From an uncultured Thermoplasmata archaeon (GTDB taxonomy: Archaea; Thermoplasmatota; Thermoplasmata; UBA10834), in contig CAZAUI010000003.1 in NCBI GenBank assembly GCA_964488505.1, forward strand, positions 30,221 through 94,220: a DNA stretch of 64,000 nt, read 5' to 3'. The notes under the pieces are model-generated. The model was given only the letters and a program-made list of their open reading frames with translations. It had not been told where the DNA came from and made no database searches. The translations under genes and the position numbers were made by a program. Positions within the stretch are counted from its first letter, which is position 1; each line of letters begins with the position of its first letter. Of this stretch, positions 49,373-59,636 are shown in pieces.

Positions 49373-50344
49373 CTACTGCGGGCCGGGAGGCGATCCCGGC
49401 GGAGGCGCAGGCGGCTGGTCGGTTGGCTGCGCCGGCCCGGGCGCCAACGGCTGAGGCGTGACCGGCTTCTTCCTCTTCATTAGGATCAAGACGACCACGA
49501 CGGCTATCACGGCTGCAATCGCGATGCCTCCGACCGCCAGGTAGAGCACGAGGCTGTCCCCGGACCCGTCAGGGGTGTACTCGTACGACGTCAGGACGTA
49601 TGTCATGGACATGTCCGAGTCGGAGTCGTACTCCGACTTGACCATGGCCCCGACATCATCACAGTACCAGTCCGTCTCGATGTCCTCGCCGTCGTCCATC
49701 TGCACGACCTCGCAGTCGAATGTCCCTGCCGGGACGGTGATCGTCTCGAGGCCGACGTACAGGTAGGAGACCGTCACGGTCTCCGAGTCGGAGTCGCTCG
49801 TAATCGAGAATCCGTCGAAGGAGGTCGACTCGTAGTGCTCGGTGTATGTCATCACCCAGGTGTCCCCTTCCTCAGGCTCCTCGGGCGCGTCCCCCGTGCC
49901 TCCGGGAGGCGAGTAGGTGACGATGTCACGCATCCAGATGTCCAGTGAGATCTCCATGCCGAGTATCTCCATCTCGACTTCCATCGAGAGGTTCAGGTCG
50001 GACTTGACCATGTCCGCGGTCTCCATGTCGACATACTGCTCTCCCGTGTATGTCGCGGACCCTGTCACCGTCACGCCCTCGATTTCGCCCGTGATGGTCA
50101 GGTCGCCGTCGAGACCCACGGTGTATGTGTCGTAGACGACCCCTGCGACGGAGGTGGTCGAGACCGCGTCCACGCTGTTCGTGTAGGTCCCAGACAGCTC
50201 CATGCCCTCCATCTCCATGTCGATCTCGTAGACCCAGTTGTCGCCTATATCGTACGACCTCGTGTCCTCGGCTTCCGCTCCCATGCTCGTGAGCACGAGT
50301 ACGCTCGCTATCGCAATGCACATTGCTGCCAATACCCTCGCCAT
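49373..50344 (-). CDS. Secreted acidic beta-rich protein with C-terminal TM and Pro-rich cytoplasmic tail
   Basis: Signal peptide MARVLAAMCIAIASVLVLTSMGAEA. D/E/T-rich ectodomain. TM LAVGGIAIAAVIAVVVVLILM. Tail PQPLAPGPAQPTDQPPAPPPGSPPGPQ. Confidence 0.6.
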   Translation of the reverse strand: MARVLAAMCIAIASVLVLTSMGAEAEDTRSYDIGDNWVYEIDMEMEGMELSGTYTNSVDAVSTTSVAGVVYDTYTVGLDGDLTITGEIEGVTVTGSATYTGEQYVDMETADMVKSDLNLSMEVEMEILGMEISLDIWMRDIVTYSPPGGTGDAPEEPEEGDTWVMTYTEHYESTSFDGFSITSDSDSETVTVSYLYVGLETITVPAGTFDCEVVQMDDGEDIETDWYCDDVGAMVKSEYDSDSDMSMTYVLTSYEYTPDGSGDSLVLYLAVGGIAIAAVIAVVVVLILMKRKKPVTPQPLAPGPAQPTDQPPAPPPGSPPGPQ

Positions 50345-50562
50345 GTCGAATTCCCCGGGTCCTTGAGTGGTAATCGTCTACATAGAGGCTTGCTCTGTAA
50401 CCCGCGCGACGGACCGGAACCGATTTCTATCTTGTACCGCGGTCAGGGTGTCGGAGCGCGGGGCACGGCCGCTAACGGCGGCCGTCGAGGATCCCCGCGT
50501 GGTAGGGGGAGTTCCGCATTAGGGCGTCGAGTCTATCGTTCGCAGTCTGCGCCGCGACCGCT

Positions 50563-52047
50563 TTGTGTTTCATGGCGTTCATGCCCGTCGGATACCAGGG
50601 GGCGCAGGCCGCGCTGCCCATGGTCGACGGCATGCCCGTGGTGGTGCTGTCGGGCACCCCGGAGGAGCGGGGGACCGCCTACGGCGAAGCCGTAGGCCAG
50701 ATGATCAGGGACAACCTGGGGGCATTCTGGGAGGAGGCGGCGGCCAAGGGCATGGGCAGGGGCGCCATGGTCGAGCGCGCCCTCGAACTCTCCGGGTCGA
50801 TGCCCGAGCACATGATAACCGAGATACGGGCGATGGCGGCAGCTTCGGGCGTGGACTTCGGGGAGCTCCTGGCGATGAACATGTTCGGGTCCTCGGTGAG
50901 GGACCACGACGGGTGCACCATAGTCGTGGCCGTGGGCTCCGGCTCGGAGACCGGGAAGACCATGGCCTCCAAGACGAGGGACGCGAACGCCCCGAACGTG
51001 CTCCTGGTGGTCGAACCGTACGAGGACAGGCACGGGTTCATGGCGGTCGCGGGCGCGGGTGACTGGGGCATATCCTTCGGCATCAACGACGCAGGTCTAT
51101 GCGACGGCAACAACTGGGTCCCGGTGCCAGAGTTCTACGACGAAGGCTGGGACGAGAACCCGCTCAACAGGTACGTGCTCGAGATGTGCGCTGATGTGGA
51201 CGATGCCATCGAACTGGTGCGCAGCGTCGACAAGTACGGCGGCACGAGCGTCATGGTCGCGGACAAGGATTCGGCGGCGTTCATAGAGGCCGTCTCTTCG
51301 TGCTACGAGACCGAGGACGGCGAGGACACCGTGTGGCAAGAGATTACAGACGGCGTAGCCGTGCACACGAACCACTACATCCTCCCTCCGTTCTTCGACT
51401 GGGTCGTCAACGACGAGTTCGGGTACTTCTGGGTGCCCTCGGTCTCCAGGATGGACCGGGCGTACGAGCTTCTATCCGGTTCGGAGAACGAGGTGACCGC
51501 GCAGGAGCTGATGTCGTTCACGAGGGACGTGGACGACTGGGGCAACTCGCAGCCGTGGGAGATCATAGAGCCGAACCTGGACGAGATGCCCTGGGGCACC
51601 TGGGGCTTCGGCTGGCCGGGGAACTCGATATGCAACATCAGGACCGTGGCCGCGGGAGTGTTCGAGATAGACCCTGACGCTCCAGCCCTGATGTCCGTCA
51701 TGTGGACATCCATCAACAACCCCGGGTACACGCCCTACTTCCCGCTGCACATCGCCCTGATGCGGCAGCCGGTGGAGCTCGCTGAGAGCCTCTCTGTCTA
51801 CGTGGACGGGACCGTGTGGAAGGCCGCGAGCCTGCTACGAGAGGGCACGTTCGCCGCGTGGATAGAGCTCGCGCCCGTCCTGGGTGAGTGGGAGGCCGGG
51901 GCGATCGACAGCAATGCCGATGCTGAGGACCTCGCACGGGCCGCGCTCGCCGACTTGGACCCCGATGAGGCCGTCTCGATACTGATGGATTCGGACACGG
52001 CCCTCGGGCTCGAGGCGCACGAGTTCATACTCGAACTGTCGGCCTAG
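50563..52047 (+). CDS. Peptidase C45 / Ntn-hydrolase acyltransferase-like protein, paralog 2
   Basis: LSGTPEERGTAYGEAVG, DGCTIVVAVGSGSETGK (nucleophile Cys), GISFGINDAGL, AVHTNHY. Start is TTG 50563, ATG 50572 or ATG 50581. Confidence 0.65.
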   Translation: MCFMAFMPVGYQGAQAALPMVDGMPVVVLSGTPEERGTAYGEAVGQMIRDNLGAFWEEAAAKGMGRGAMVERALELSGSMPEHMITEIRAMAAASGVDFGELLAMNMFGSSVRDHDGCTIVVAVGSGSETGKTMASKTRDANAPNVLLVVEPYEDRHGFMAVAGAGDWGISFGINDAGLCDGNNWVPVPEFYDEGWDENPLNRYVLEMCADVDDAIELVRSVDKYGGTSVMVADKDSAAFIEAVSSCYETEDGEDTVWQEITDGVAVHTNHYILPPFFDWVVNDEFGYFWVPSVSRMDRAYELLSGSENEVTAQELMSFTRDVDDWGNSQPWEIIEPNLDEMPWGTWGFGWPGNSICNIRTVAAGVFEIDPDAPALMSVMWTSINNPGYTPYFPLHIALMRQPVELAESLSVYVDGTVWKAASLLREGTFAAWIELAPVLGEWEAGAIDSNADAEDLARAALADLDPDEAVSILMDSDTALGLEAHEFILELSA

Positions 52048-52081
52048 CGACCCGGACACGGGACCGCGCCAGCCTGCGCGT

Positions 52082-52561
52082 TCAAGCCGCGAGGGCCTTG
52101 GCCAGCCTCGCCACCCTCTCGCCCAGGTCCTTGCAGAGCGAGAGCTCGTCCTTGCCGGGAGATTCCACGGCCGTCGGGCCGTAGTGCTTGTCGTCGTGCC
52201 TGCCCTGGACGACCATCCCGTGCACAAGCATCGCCTCCAGCATGGACAGCAGGGTGGTCTCGGCCCCGCAGGCAGTCCCGCCCGAGCTCGTGAACGCTCC
52301 CCCCGCCTTCCCTGCCAGTTTCCCGTGTATCGCGAATGTCTTGTCGATGAACGACTTCATCTTGCCGGACATGTTCCCGTAGTATGTCGGTGAGCCCATG
52401 ATGATCCCGTCCGAGGCGGTAAGGTCCTTCATCTTGGCTTCGTCGACCTTGACGATGACGACATCGACCCCCTTGACCTTCCTCGCGCCCTCGGCCACGG
52501 CCTGCGCCATCTTCTTCGTGTTCCCCGTCCTCGAGTCGTAGATTACCGTGATGCGTGTCAC
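52082..52561 (-). CDS. Flavodoxin-fold FMN protein (WrbA/NAD(P)H:quinone oxidoreductase-like)
   Basis: VTRITVIYDSRTGNTKKMAQAVAEG, IIMGSPTYYGNMSGKMKSFIDKT. GTG 52561 is preceded by AAGGAAGGAGGAG. The 243-aa ORF-track extension has no homology signal. Confidence 0.8.
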   Translation of the reverse strand: MTRITVIYDSRTGNTKKMAQAVAEGARKVKGVDVVIVKVDEAKMKDLTASDGIIMGSPTYYGNMSGKMKSFIDKTFAIHGKLAGKAGGAFTSSGGTACGAETTLLSMLEAMLVHGMVVQGRHDDKHYGPTAVESPGKDELSLCKDLGERVARLAKALAA

Positions 52562-52690
52562 GCGTGTCTCCTCCTTCCTTCCGGCCTTAATCGGCCATCG
52601 TCCCATATTACACTTGCCGCCCCGTCTGGGCCGTGCTGGGTCGAAAGACATAAGAGCGTTAATGCTCATGTGTTCCACAGGTGGGGAGAA

Positions 52691-52978
52691 ATGGCGGTAT
52701 ACGTAGTGCTCTCTAAGCTGACAGATGAGGGACGGAAGACCATCAAGACCAAGCCGGAGCGCGTCAAGGAAGTGAACGACGAGATCTCGAGGATGGGCGC
52801 GAAGGTCCTGCACCAGTACGCTCTGTTGGGGAAGTACGACTTCGTGACTGTGCTCGAGGCGAAGGACAACGTGACCATCAGCAAGATCATGGTGGAGCTG
52901 GGCTCGCGCGGCACGCTCGAGACGATGACCCTCTCCGCGGTGCCGGTCGACGAACTCCTCTCGACGCTGAAGCCGTAG
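52691..52978 (+). CDS. GYD domain-containing protein
   Basis: MAVYVVLSKLTDEGRKTIKTKPERVKEVNDEISRMGAKVL..LLGKYDFVTVLEA matches the GYD family pattern. SD-like GGTGGGGAG lies upstream. Confidence 0.75.
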   Translation: MAVYVVLSKLTDEGRKTIKTKPERVKEVNDEISRMGAKVLHQYALLGKYDFVTVLEAKDNVTISKIMVELGSRGTLETMTLSAVPVDELLSTLKP

Positions 52979-53023
52979 GACCCTGGCCTAGGCGCCCCTG
53001 ACCTGTGCCCTCTCTAAGGGCGG

Positions 53024-54331
53024 TCAAGGGTCGTGTGGGCGGATGGCTCCCGCTGCTGGCCTGGCCGAGGTGCACTTGGCTGGCTTCCTGAGAGTCCGGA
53101 CCCTCTTCGGGATGTCCTCAAGGTCGGACACGGGCGAGAGCCATACCCAGACGGCGGACGCGATCATCCCGGCTCCTGACACGAGCATGGTCATCCGCAG
53201 CCCTATCAGGTCTCCGAGCACTCCCCCAGCGAGGGCCCCTATGGGGAACACGCCCCATACGATGAACCTCATCGTGGCGTTCATCTTCCCCTGGAGGCGG
53301 TCCGGCGTGATCGCCTGCCTGAGGCTCACCTGGTTCACGTTGTACAGGACCGCCATGACCCCGTTGACGAACCAGATGGGCATGAGCAGCAGCAGGGCGT
53401 TCTCCGGGTACGCCAGGACCATCAGCATCGTGGGCACGCCCCCCAGGAATGCAGACCACACTATCGTCCTGCCGAGCCCTGCGGACGAGACCACCCGCCC
53501 GGACACGATGGCGCCCACGACGGCGCCCCCCGCCCCCACGGCGAAGATGATGCCGATCCAGCCCGCGGACAGCCCGAGCGTGCTCTCCATGAACAGCATC
53601 AGGAGGGCGAACGACATGCTGCCGAACAGGTTCGCGGTCGCCGTGCACCCCGCGATGCTCCTGAGGATCTTGTTGGAGAGCACTATATCCAGGCCTTCCT
53701 TGATCTCACCCAGCACCGACCTGCAGGCGTCCGCCCTCTGGACCAGCTCCTTCTTCCTCATCCTGAGGAGGAACACCGCGGAGCCGAGGAAGGACACCGA
53801 GTTCGCGGCCATCGCCAAAGGCGCCCCTATGGCCTCGACGACGAGGCCCGCGATGCTGGGCCCGGCCACCTGTGACGACGCCCTGCTCGTCTCCAGCTTG
53901 CTGTTGGCGTCCAGCAGCTCCGACCGCTTCACGAGAGCTGGCAGGTACGCCTGATATGAGATGTCGAAGAACGCGGTGAACGTGCCCGCGACGAAGACCA
54001 CGACGTACATGACATGCCAAGTCAGCGCGTCGAGGTACCACGAGATGGGGACCGCCGCCAGCACGGCCGCCCTGCCGAGGTCGCAGACTATCATGATCGA
54101 CCTCCTGCCGCGCCGGTCGGCGAGGACGCCGGCCAACAGGCCGAAGAGCAGGAAGGGCAGCATCTCGAGCGCGAACAGCAAGCCCATCTCGGGCGCTGTC
54201 GCGTCCAGGATTATGACCGCCGCCAGTGGCATCGCCAGGAGGTAGAACTGGCTTCCGAAGACGGAGACCGTCTCGGCTGCCCAGACGTTCAGGAAGTCGC
54301 GATGGTTCCAGAGCCCGCTCCTCTCGGCCAT
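53024..54331 (-). CDS. MFS transporter (EntS/MFS_3-like)
   Basis: WNHRDFLNVWAAETVSVFGSQF, LADRRGRRSIM, 12 TM. ATG 54331 has GGGGGGAG 5 nt upstream. Lies 45 nt downstream of the ArsR-family gene. Confidence 0.8.
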   Translation of the reverse strand: MAERSGLWNHRDFLNVWAAETVSVFGSQFYLLAMPLAAVIILDATAPEMGLLFALEMLPFLLFGLLAGVLADRRGRRSIMIVCDLGRAAVLAAVPISWYLDALTWHVMYVVVFVAGTFTAFFDISYQAYLPALVKRSELLDANSKLETSRASSQVAGPSIAGLVVEAIGAPLAMAANSVSFLGSAVFLLRMRKKELVQRADACRSVLGEIKEGLDIVLSNKILRSIAGCTATANLFGSMSFALLMLFMESTLGLSAGWIGIIFAVGAGGAVVGAIVSGRVVSSAGLGRTIVWSAFLGGVPTMLMVLAYPENALLLLMPIWFVNGVMAVLYNVNQVSLRQAITPDRLQGKMNATMRFIVWGVFPIGALAGGVLGDLIGLRMTMLVSGAGMIASAVWVWLSPVSDLEDIPKRVRTLRKPAKCTSARPAAGAIRPHDP

Positions 54332-54375
54332 ATGACTCCCCCCCGCACCCGTTCGGATAACTGAGGCGGCTGAGG

Positions 54376-54963
54376 CTAGGCCTTGCCCCTCTTCGAGCGG
54401 AGCCAATCCCGCAGTGTCCTCTGCGTGTCGAGGTACTTCTCGAACTCGCGGTCGCTCATACTCATCATCATCGCGAGCTCGGCCAGGCCGTCGACGTTGG
54501 ACGGGTCCAGGTCGTCGAGGTCGTATATCCTGTCCACAATCGCGGGGTCCTTCCTGGACCGTCTGAGGTCCTTCACGAGCTTCAGCACGCTGGAGACCTG
54601 CTTCTCGTCAGGGTCGATGTCGAAGCCCAGGCGGGAGAGCGTGCTCAGCGCTGATTCGACCCTCTCCTTGCTCTCGATGTCGTCGGAGCAGGATCCATCG
54701 ACGAAGAAGAACATGCCCGCGGTCGCCCGGTAGTACGATTCCACCAGGTGCTCCACGCGCTCCTCCCTCGACACCTCCACCATGTCGGCCTCCTTCAGCC
54801 TCTTGATGTGGTGGTATATCGTCTGGGGCGCGAGCCCCAGTTCGCCGGAGATCTGGCTCACCGTCATCTCCTTCGCTCGCAGGAGGTATATCATCTTCAT
54901 CCTGGTCTCGTCGGCCAGCAGCTGTATCGCGCCCGGGTCCTTGATCGTCTTGCGTTCCTTCAC
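54376..54963 (-). CDS. ArsR-family winged-HTH transcriptional regulator with extended C-terminal domain
   Basis: LLADETRMKMIYLLRAKEMTVSQISGELGLAPQTIYHHIKRLKEADMV. GTG start with AGGTGA SD. Confidence 0.8.
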   Translation of the reverse strand: MKERKTIKDPGAIQLLADETRMKMIYLLRAKEMTVSQISGELGLAPQTIYHHIKRLKEADMVEVSREERVEHLVESYYRATAGMFFFVDGSCSDDIESKERVESALSTLSRLGFDIDPDEKQVSSVLKLVKDLRRSRKDPAIVDRIYDLDDLDPSNVDGLAELAMMMSMSDREFEKYLDTQRTLRDWLRSKRGKA

Positions 54964-55007
54964 GGTCTCACCTTTCTGACGCGTGTCTGTTTAACCTGAT
55001 GTATGTA

Positions 55008-55036
55008 TTACTATTAAGATGTATGTCTTAATGGCC
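55008..55036. promoter_or_regulatory. Direct repeat GATGTATGT x2 (55008-55016, 55028-55036), 20 nt register, upstream of the ArsR-family gene
   Basis: Read directly. AT-rich region 45-75 nt upstream of GTG 54963. Confidence 0.4.
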
Positions 55037-55189
55037 CCGGGGCAAGGGTCAGAGCCTCGACGGGCGGCGGCAGATGGCCTGTAGTGTCATCGGGTCTCAG
55101 GGTCACAGGGACGGGCGAGAGGCCACTTCGGCGCTCCGTGCCCGCGCCGGCTCACCCGTCACAGGTCGGGTTCGGCCGTGCAGGGGACA

Positions 55190-56113
55190 TCATGCCTCGG
55201 GGTCATCGTCGTCCACGGCACCATATGACTGGTCCGGCACGAGGATCTGCCTGAGCTCTCCCTTCCCCCTCAGCTCGTGTCGGACCTCGTAGCACATGTG
55301 GCACTCGTCCGCGTACCCCTTCCTCGGCCTCACGCCGCGCTCCTTGGCGAGGTTCGCGGGCCCACCCCTCATGAGCGGGCCTATGACGGGGTGCGTGCTC
55401 GGGTCGAGGGCGGACATGATCTCCTTGAGCGGCCTTTCCCACGCGTTCCCGACAGACACCCCCTGGCAGAACAGCACATTGCCATAGGGGTCGACATGGA
55501 CCCTGCCTATCGCCGGGGGCTCCTCGGGGCAGGTGTCGAACGATTCCCAGGGCCTCTCGGGGACCTTGAGCGCAAGCTTCTCCGCCGCCCGTCCTCTGAA
55601 GCACAGCTGCCCCTTCGACTCGTCCCTGGGCCCGGGGCACGCGAACCGCTCCACCCCCTCGACCTCTATCACGCCGACGGGTATCCCCAGCCTCTCGCCG
55701 GCCTCCTTGGCCCTCATGACCATGTCCTTCTCCTCGCCAGTCCCGTGGTGCTCGTCCGTGCTCAGGCTCAGGTCTGACACGCCCAGTTCGGCTAGAGGCC
55801 CCAGCCACAGGTCCGCCGCCCGGTCGTCAGTGGCGAAGTACGCGTTGCTGACGATCCCCACCTCGAGCGACAGGCTCCTCGCGAGCTCGACCCCTCTGCG
55901 AAGGACCGGGTAGTACAGGAACGGCTCCCCGCCTTCGAAGTAGACCCGCGTGACCGTCGGGATCTCGCGCGCCTGCCGGACCACATCCTCGACCTGCGCG
56001 AGCGTCATCGTACCCTTGGAGAACGGGCCGCTCCATACGAAGCAGTGGTCGCACTCGTAAAGGCACTTGTAGGTAAGCAGTATGTGCACGCCGGAGAGCT
56101 CTACAGGCGGCAT
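55190..56113 (-). CDS. Radical SAM protein with SPASM/twitch-like C-terminal Cys cluster
   Basis: CLYECDHC (CxxxCxxC), YFEGGEPFL, then C-terminal CPEEP...VHVDPYGNVLFCQG and ECHMC. Confidence 0.75.
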   Translation of the reverse strand: MPPVELSGVHILLTYKCLYECDHCFVWSGPFSKGTMTLAQVEDVVRQAREIPTVTRVYFEGGEPFLYYPVLRRGVELARSLSLEVGIVSNAYFATDDRAADLWLGPLAELGVSDLSLSTDEHHGTGEEKDMVMRAKEAGERLGIPVGVIEVEGVERFACPGPRDESKGQLCFRGRAAEKLALKVPERPWESFDTCPEEPPAIGRVHVDPYGNVLFCQGVSVGNAWERPLKEIMSALDPSTHPVIGPLMRGGPANLAKERGVRPRKGYADECHMCYEVRHELRGKGELRQILVPDQSYGAVDDDDPEA

Positions 56114-56161
56114 CGCAGGACGCGATGGCCCTGACAGGCTATTTGACCTTCGATGTCGGCG

Positions 56162-57682
56162 TCAGCTGGTGGCCCTGACGCGCTCATCCCGGGACATCTT
56201 CGCGAGCCTCTCGACCTCCTTGACGCTCAGGCCGAGGCCCTTCGCGACCCTGCGGCCGTAGTCCGGGTCAGTTATGAAGAACAGTGCTGTCTGGCGCAGC
56301 TGTATCCGCTTCTTAGCGCCGCCCAGATGAGCCACGATGTTCCCCACGAGGTGCTCCCGGTCGCTCTCCGTCATGACATGCCTGTACAGGTTCCCCGGCT
56401 GCTCGAAGTCGTCGTTCGGGTGCGCGTACACCTGCCTGTCGGCCTTCCCAGACACGCCGAAGGCGGGGTCCATAGCGGCCTTGTCCGGCTCGGGCCCGGC
56501 GAACGAGTTTGGATAGTAGTTCGGGCCCGGCCCGCCTCCGGAGTCCACCCTCATCGCACCGTCCCGCTGGTAGCTCTGCTCGGGCGCGTTCCTCGGGGCG
56601 TTCACGGGTATCAGGTGGTAGTTCGGCCCGAGCCTGTGCAGGTGCGTGTCGTGGTACGAGAACAGGCGTCCCTGGAGCATCTTGTCGGGCGACGGCCCTA
56701 TCCCGGGGACGAAGTTGCTGGGCGAGAACGCCGCCTGCTCGACCTCGGCGAAGTAGTTCACAGGGTTCCTGTTCAGGACGAGCTTCCCTATCTTGATCGT
56801 GGGGTAGTCCCCGTGCGGCCACACCTTGGTTATGTCGAACACGTCCCACCTGTAGTCCTTCGCCTCGTCAGCCTTCATAATCTGCATCTCGAGCGTCCAC
56901 GAGGGGAACTCCCCGCGCTCGATGGCCTCGTGCAGGTCCCTGGTGGCGTGGTCGGGGTCCTTCGACTTCATGGCGTCGGCCTCCTGCCTCGTGAGGTTCT
57001 TGATCCCCTGGTCCGTCTTCAGGTGGTACTGCACCCAGAACTGCTCGCCCTTCTCGTTGTACCACAAGTACGTGTGGCTGCTGTAGCCGTTCATGTGCCT
57101 GAAGGTCGCGGGCGTGCCCCTGTCCGAGAACAGTATCGTGACCTGGTGTATCGACTCCGGGGTCAGGGACAGGAAGTCCCAGAACATGTCCGGGTCCTTG
57201 AGGTTGGTGCGCGGGTTCCTCTTCTGCGTGTGTATGAAGTCCGGGAACTTGAGCGGGTCTCGGATGAAGAACACGGGCGTGTTGTTCCCGACGAGGTCGT
57301 AGTTACCCTCCTCGGTGTAGAACTTGACCGCGAAACCCCTCGGGTCGCGCTCAGCGTCCGCCGAGCCCTTCTCCCCGCCCACGGTGGAGAACCTGACGAA
57401 GACCTCGGTCCTCTTCCCGACCTTGGACAGGAACTTCGCCTTCGTGTACTTGGACACGTCGGCTGTGACCTCGAAGTACCCGTGCGCGCCCGCGCCTTTA
57501 GCGTGCACGACGCGCTCGGGTATGCGTTCGCGGTCGAAATGCCCCAGCTTCTCGAGCAGGTGCGTGTCCTGCATCAGGACAGGCCCGCGCGCACCCGCGG
57601 TCTCGCTGTTCTGGTCGTCTCCCACGGGCCTCCCGAAGGCTGTCGTGAGGCCCTTCCGCTGCTGCTTCTTCGCTGCCGCCAT
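56162..57682 (-). CDS. katA: Monofunctional heme catalase (small-subunit type)
   Basis: [24 protein letters not shown] (distal His), [14 protein letters not shown] (proximal Tyr). 506 aa. Confidence 0.93.
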   Translation of the reverse strand: MAAAKKQQRKGLTTAFGRPVGDDQNSETAGARGPVLMQDTHLLEKLGHFDRERIPERVVHAKGAGAHGYFEVTADVSKYTKAKFLSKVGKRTEVFVRFSTVGGEKGSADAERDPRGFAVKFYTEEGNYDLVGNNTPVFFIRDPLKFPDFIHTQKRNPRTNLKDPDMFWDFLSLTPESIHQVTILFSDRGTPATFRHMNGYSSHTYLWYNEKGEQFWVQYHLKTDQGIKNLTRQEADAMKSKDPDHATRDLHEAIERGEFPSWTLEMQIMKADEAKDYRWDVFDITKVWPHGDYPTIKIGKLVLNRNPVNYFAEVEQAAFSPSNFVPGIGPSPDKMLQGRLFSYHDTHLHRLGPNYHLIPVNAPRNAPEQSYQRDGAMRVDSGGGPGPNYYPNSFAGPEPDKAAMDPAFGVSGKADRQVYAHPNDDFEQPGNLYRHVMTESDREHLVGNIVAHLGGAKKRIQLRQTALFFITDPDYGRRVAKGLGLSVKEVERLAKMSRDERVRATS

Positions 57683-57774
57683 GCTGCAGTCCTCCCGAAC
57701 CTGTGGGAGGAACGAGCATCGAGCGTATTAACAGTTCGCGGCTGACATGTTCGGCGTCCCCGGACATCGGCCGG

Positions 57775-58992
57775 TCACAGCTTCGTCACTATGCAGTTCA
57801 TGCCGAACTCGGGGAGCATGTCGACGACCGGCTTCGCGTCGAGCATCTCCGGCGGGAACACGCCCTTCTGGGATACCTTGCCCCGTGCGAGCAGTATCGC
57901 GCCTATGGCCATGGGCACGCCCACCGTGTAGGCGGTCGCGCTGTGGTGGTGCTTGTTCCAACAATCCTTGTGGTTCATGTAGGTGTGTATCCTGTACCCG
58001 ACGTCCTTGCCGTCCTTGGTGCCGGTGGTCACATTGACCGCGGTGAACTCGCCGGTCGCTCTGTCGCCTATCGCGGCCGGGTCCGGTATGCATGCCGATA
58101 CGACGTCTATGGGCGCCACCTTGGCCCCCCTGACATCTATCTTCTCGGAGCTGTGCATCCCCAGCCTGCCGATCGTGCGTATCGTCTCGACATACTCGTC
58201 GCCGAGGGCGAGCTTGAAGTCGCAGTACTCGCACCCCTTCCCGAGCACCTCCCCGATGTACGTCGGGAGGGTCTCCTGCTCCTCGTGGTCGACGTTGTAT
58301 ATCGGGAGCGTGCCCACGGGCGACGGGAACTCGAACTGCTCCTTCCCGCTGAAGGGCTTGACCTTCCTGTACGCCCCGTCCTTGTAGACCATCGCAGGCA
58401 TCAGGACCTCCTCGATGAGCGTCTGCGGGGACCACAGCGGGGCGAACTCGTACCCCTCGATCTGGCCGGTGTCGCCGTCCCTGATCAGGATGTCCTTGAC
58501 CGTGTCCATCTTGTCGGCCGCGAGGCGCGCGAACACGTTGGCGATCCCGGGCTCGCAGCCCAGGCCGAGCATGCCTATGATGCCCGCCTTCTCGTACGCC
58601 GCGGTGTACTTCGCTATCTCCCACTGTATCGGGGGCTCCTTGACGACCTCCCCCGGCTGCTCCTTCGAGAGGAATATGTCGCTCGCCATGTCGGCGTAGT
58701 TCGCCTTCGCCGCCAGGCAGGCGTCCATGATGTTGAAGTTGAACTTGGGTATGACGCCGTTGACCACGAGGTCCGCGCCCTTGAACGCCGTGGCCATGCC
58801 CTTGACGTCCGCGGCGTCTATCCTTGCCGCCGAGGCCTTGTCGCTCGACAGCCTCTTCTCCATGGCCCGGGCCCTATTCAGGTCGATGTCTCCCACGACG
58901 ACCTCGTCGTACTCCTTCGACCTCACGAGGAGGTCGGCGACCACCGAGCCTACCGCTCCCACTCCCACTATGACTGCCTTCATCGTCCCCAC
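57775..58992 (-). CDS. Saccharopine dehydrogenase-family NAD(P) oxidoreductase
   Basis: MKAVIVGVGAVGSVVADLL Rossmann N-terminus. GLGCEPGIANVFA. 405 aa. Confidence 0.75.
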   Translation of the reverse strand: MGTMKAVIVGVGAVGSVVADLLVRSKEYDEVVVGDIDLNRARAMEKRLSSDKASAARIDAADVKGMATAFKGADLVVNGVIPKFNFNIMDACLAAKANYADMASDIFLSKEQPGEVVKEPPIQWEIAKYTAAYEKAGIIGMLGLGCEPGIANVFARLAADKMDTVKDILIRDGDTGQIEGYEFAPLWSPQTLIEEVLMPAMVYKDGAYRKVKPFSGKEQFEFPSPVGTLPIYNVDHEEQETLPTYIGEVLGKGCEYCDFKLALGDEYVETIRTIGRLGMHSSEKIDVRGAKVAPIDVVSACIPDPAAIGDRATGEFTAVNVTTGTKDGKDVGYRIHTYMNHKDCWNKHHHSATAYTVGVPMAIGAILLARGKVSQKGVFPPEMLDAKPVVDMLPEFGMNCIVTKL

Positions 58993-59099
58993 CTTCGTCC
59001 GGAGCGGCTAGTCCCTCCCCGGACGGCCCTGGATTGTCTCCGGTCTTACTTAAGCATGACCGGGCCGGGCCATATGTCCGGGCACGGAAGGCCTCGCCT

Positions 59100-59612
59100 C
59101 TACCTGTCGCGGCCCCGGCGGCGGAACTCGTCCCTCGACAGGATCAGCAGTATCATCGCCGCGACCGCCACGAACGCCTGGATCACTCCGCAGAAGAGCC
59201 CGAAGATGAGCGCCAGGAAGAACGAGATGATCGAGGCGACTATCGTGAGTCCCCAGGCCTTCCTCATGATGGCCAAGACCCCGCCCAGGAGCACCACGAA
59301 CGCGACCACGCCTACTATGAGGTCGCAGATGAGGAGCTGCTCCACGAGGTCCGGATGCTCGTCGAGGACGGTGACGTTCCCCACCATGAGGCCTCCGAGC
59401 GCGAGGAGCGCGTTTATGATGAGGATGCCTCCTGCGCCGACGGGCAGCATTGTCTGTGACTTCGGCACCATGCGCGATGTGCGGGTGTAGAACTCCGGCT
59501 TCCGCTTGAACGACTCTCTGGGGTCCTTCGTGGGTTGGTCTATCCCTCTCTGGCACACCGAGCAGCTCTTCGCGTCTTCGGGGTTCTCGGCCCCGCAGAA
59601 TCCGCACTTCAT
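59100..59612 (-). CDS. Zinc-ribbon membrane protein
   Basis: MKCGFCGAENPEDAKSCSVCQ followed by 4 TM helices. Confidence 0.6.
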   Translation of the reverse strand: MKCGFCGAENPEDAKSCSVCQRGIDQPTKDPRESFKRKPEFYTRTSRMVPKSQTMLPVGAGGILIINALLALGGLMVGNVTVLDEHPDLVEQLLICDLIVGVVAFVVLLGGVLAIMRKAWGLTIVASIISFFLALIFGLFCGVIQAFVAVAAMILLILSRDEFRRRGRDR

Positions 59613-59636
59613 GTCTATCCCAGGTCCCGTGTCAAG

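Noticed and set aside
52562-52813. 84-codon N-terminal extension of the flavodoxin-like ORF (ORF track 52082..52813).
   Set aside because: Homology to flavodoxin/WrbA begins exactly at GTG 52561 (VTRITVIYDSRTGNT). That GTG has a strong AAGGAAGGAGGAG Shine-Dalgarno sequence. The extension has no signal and would run into the divergent GYD gene promoter.
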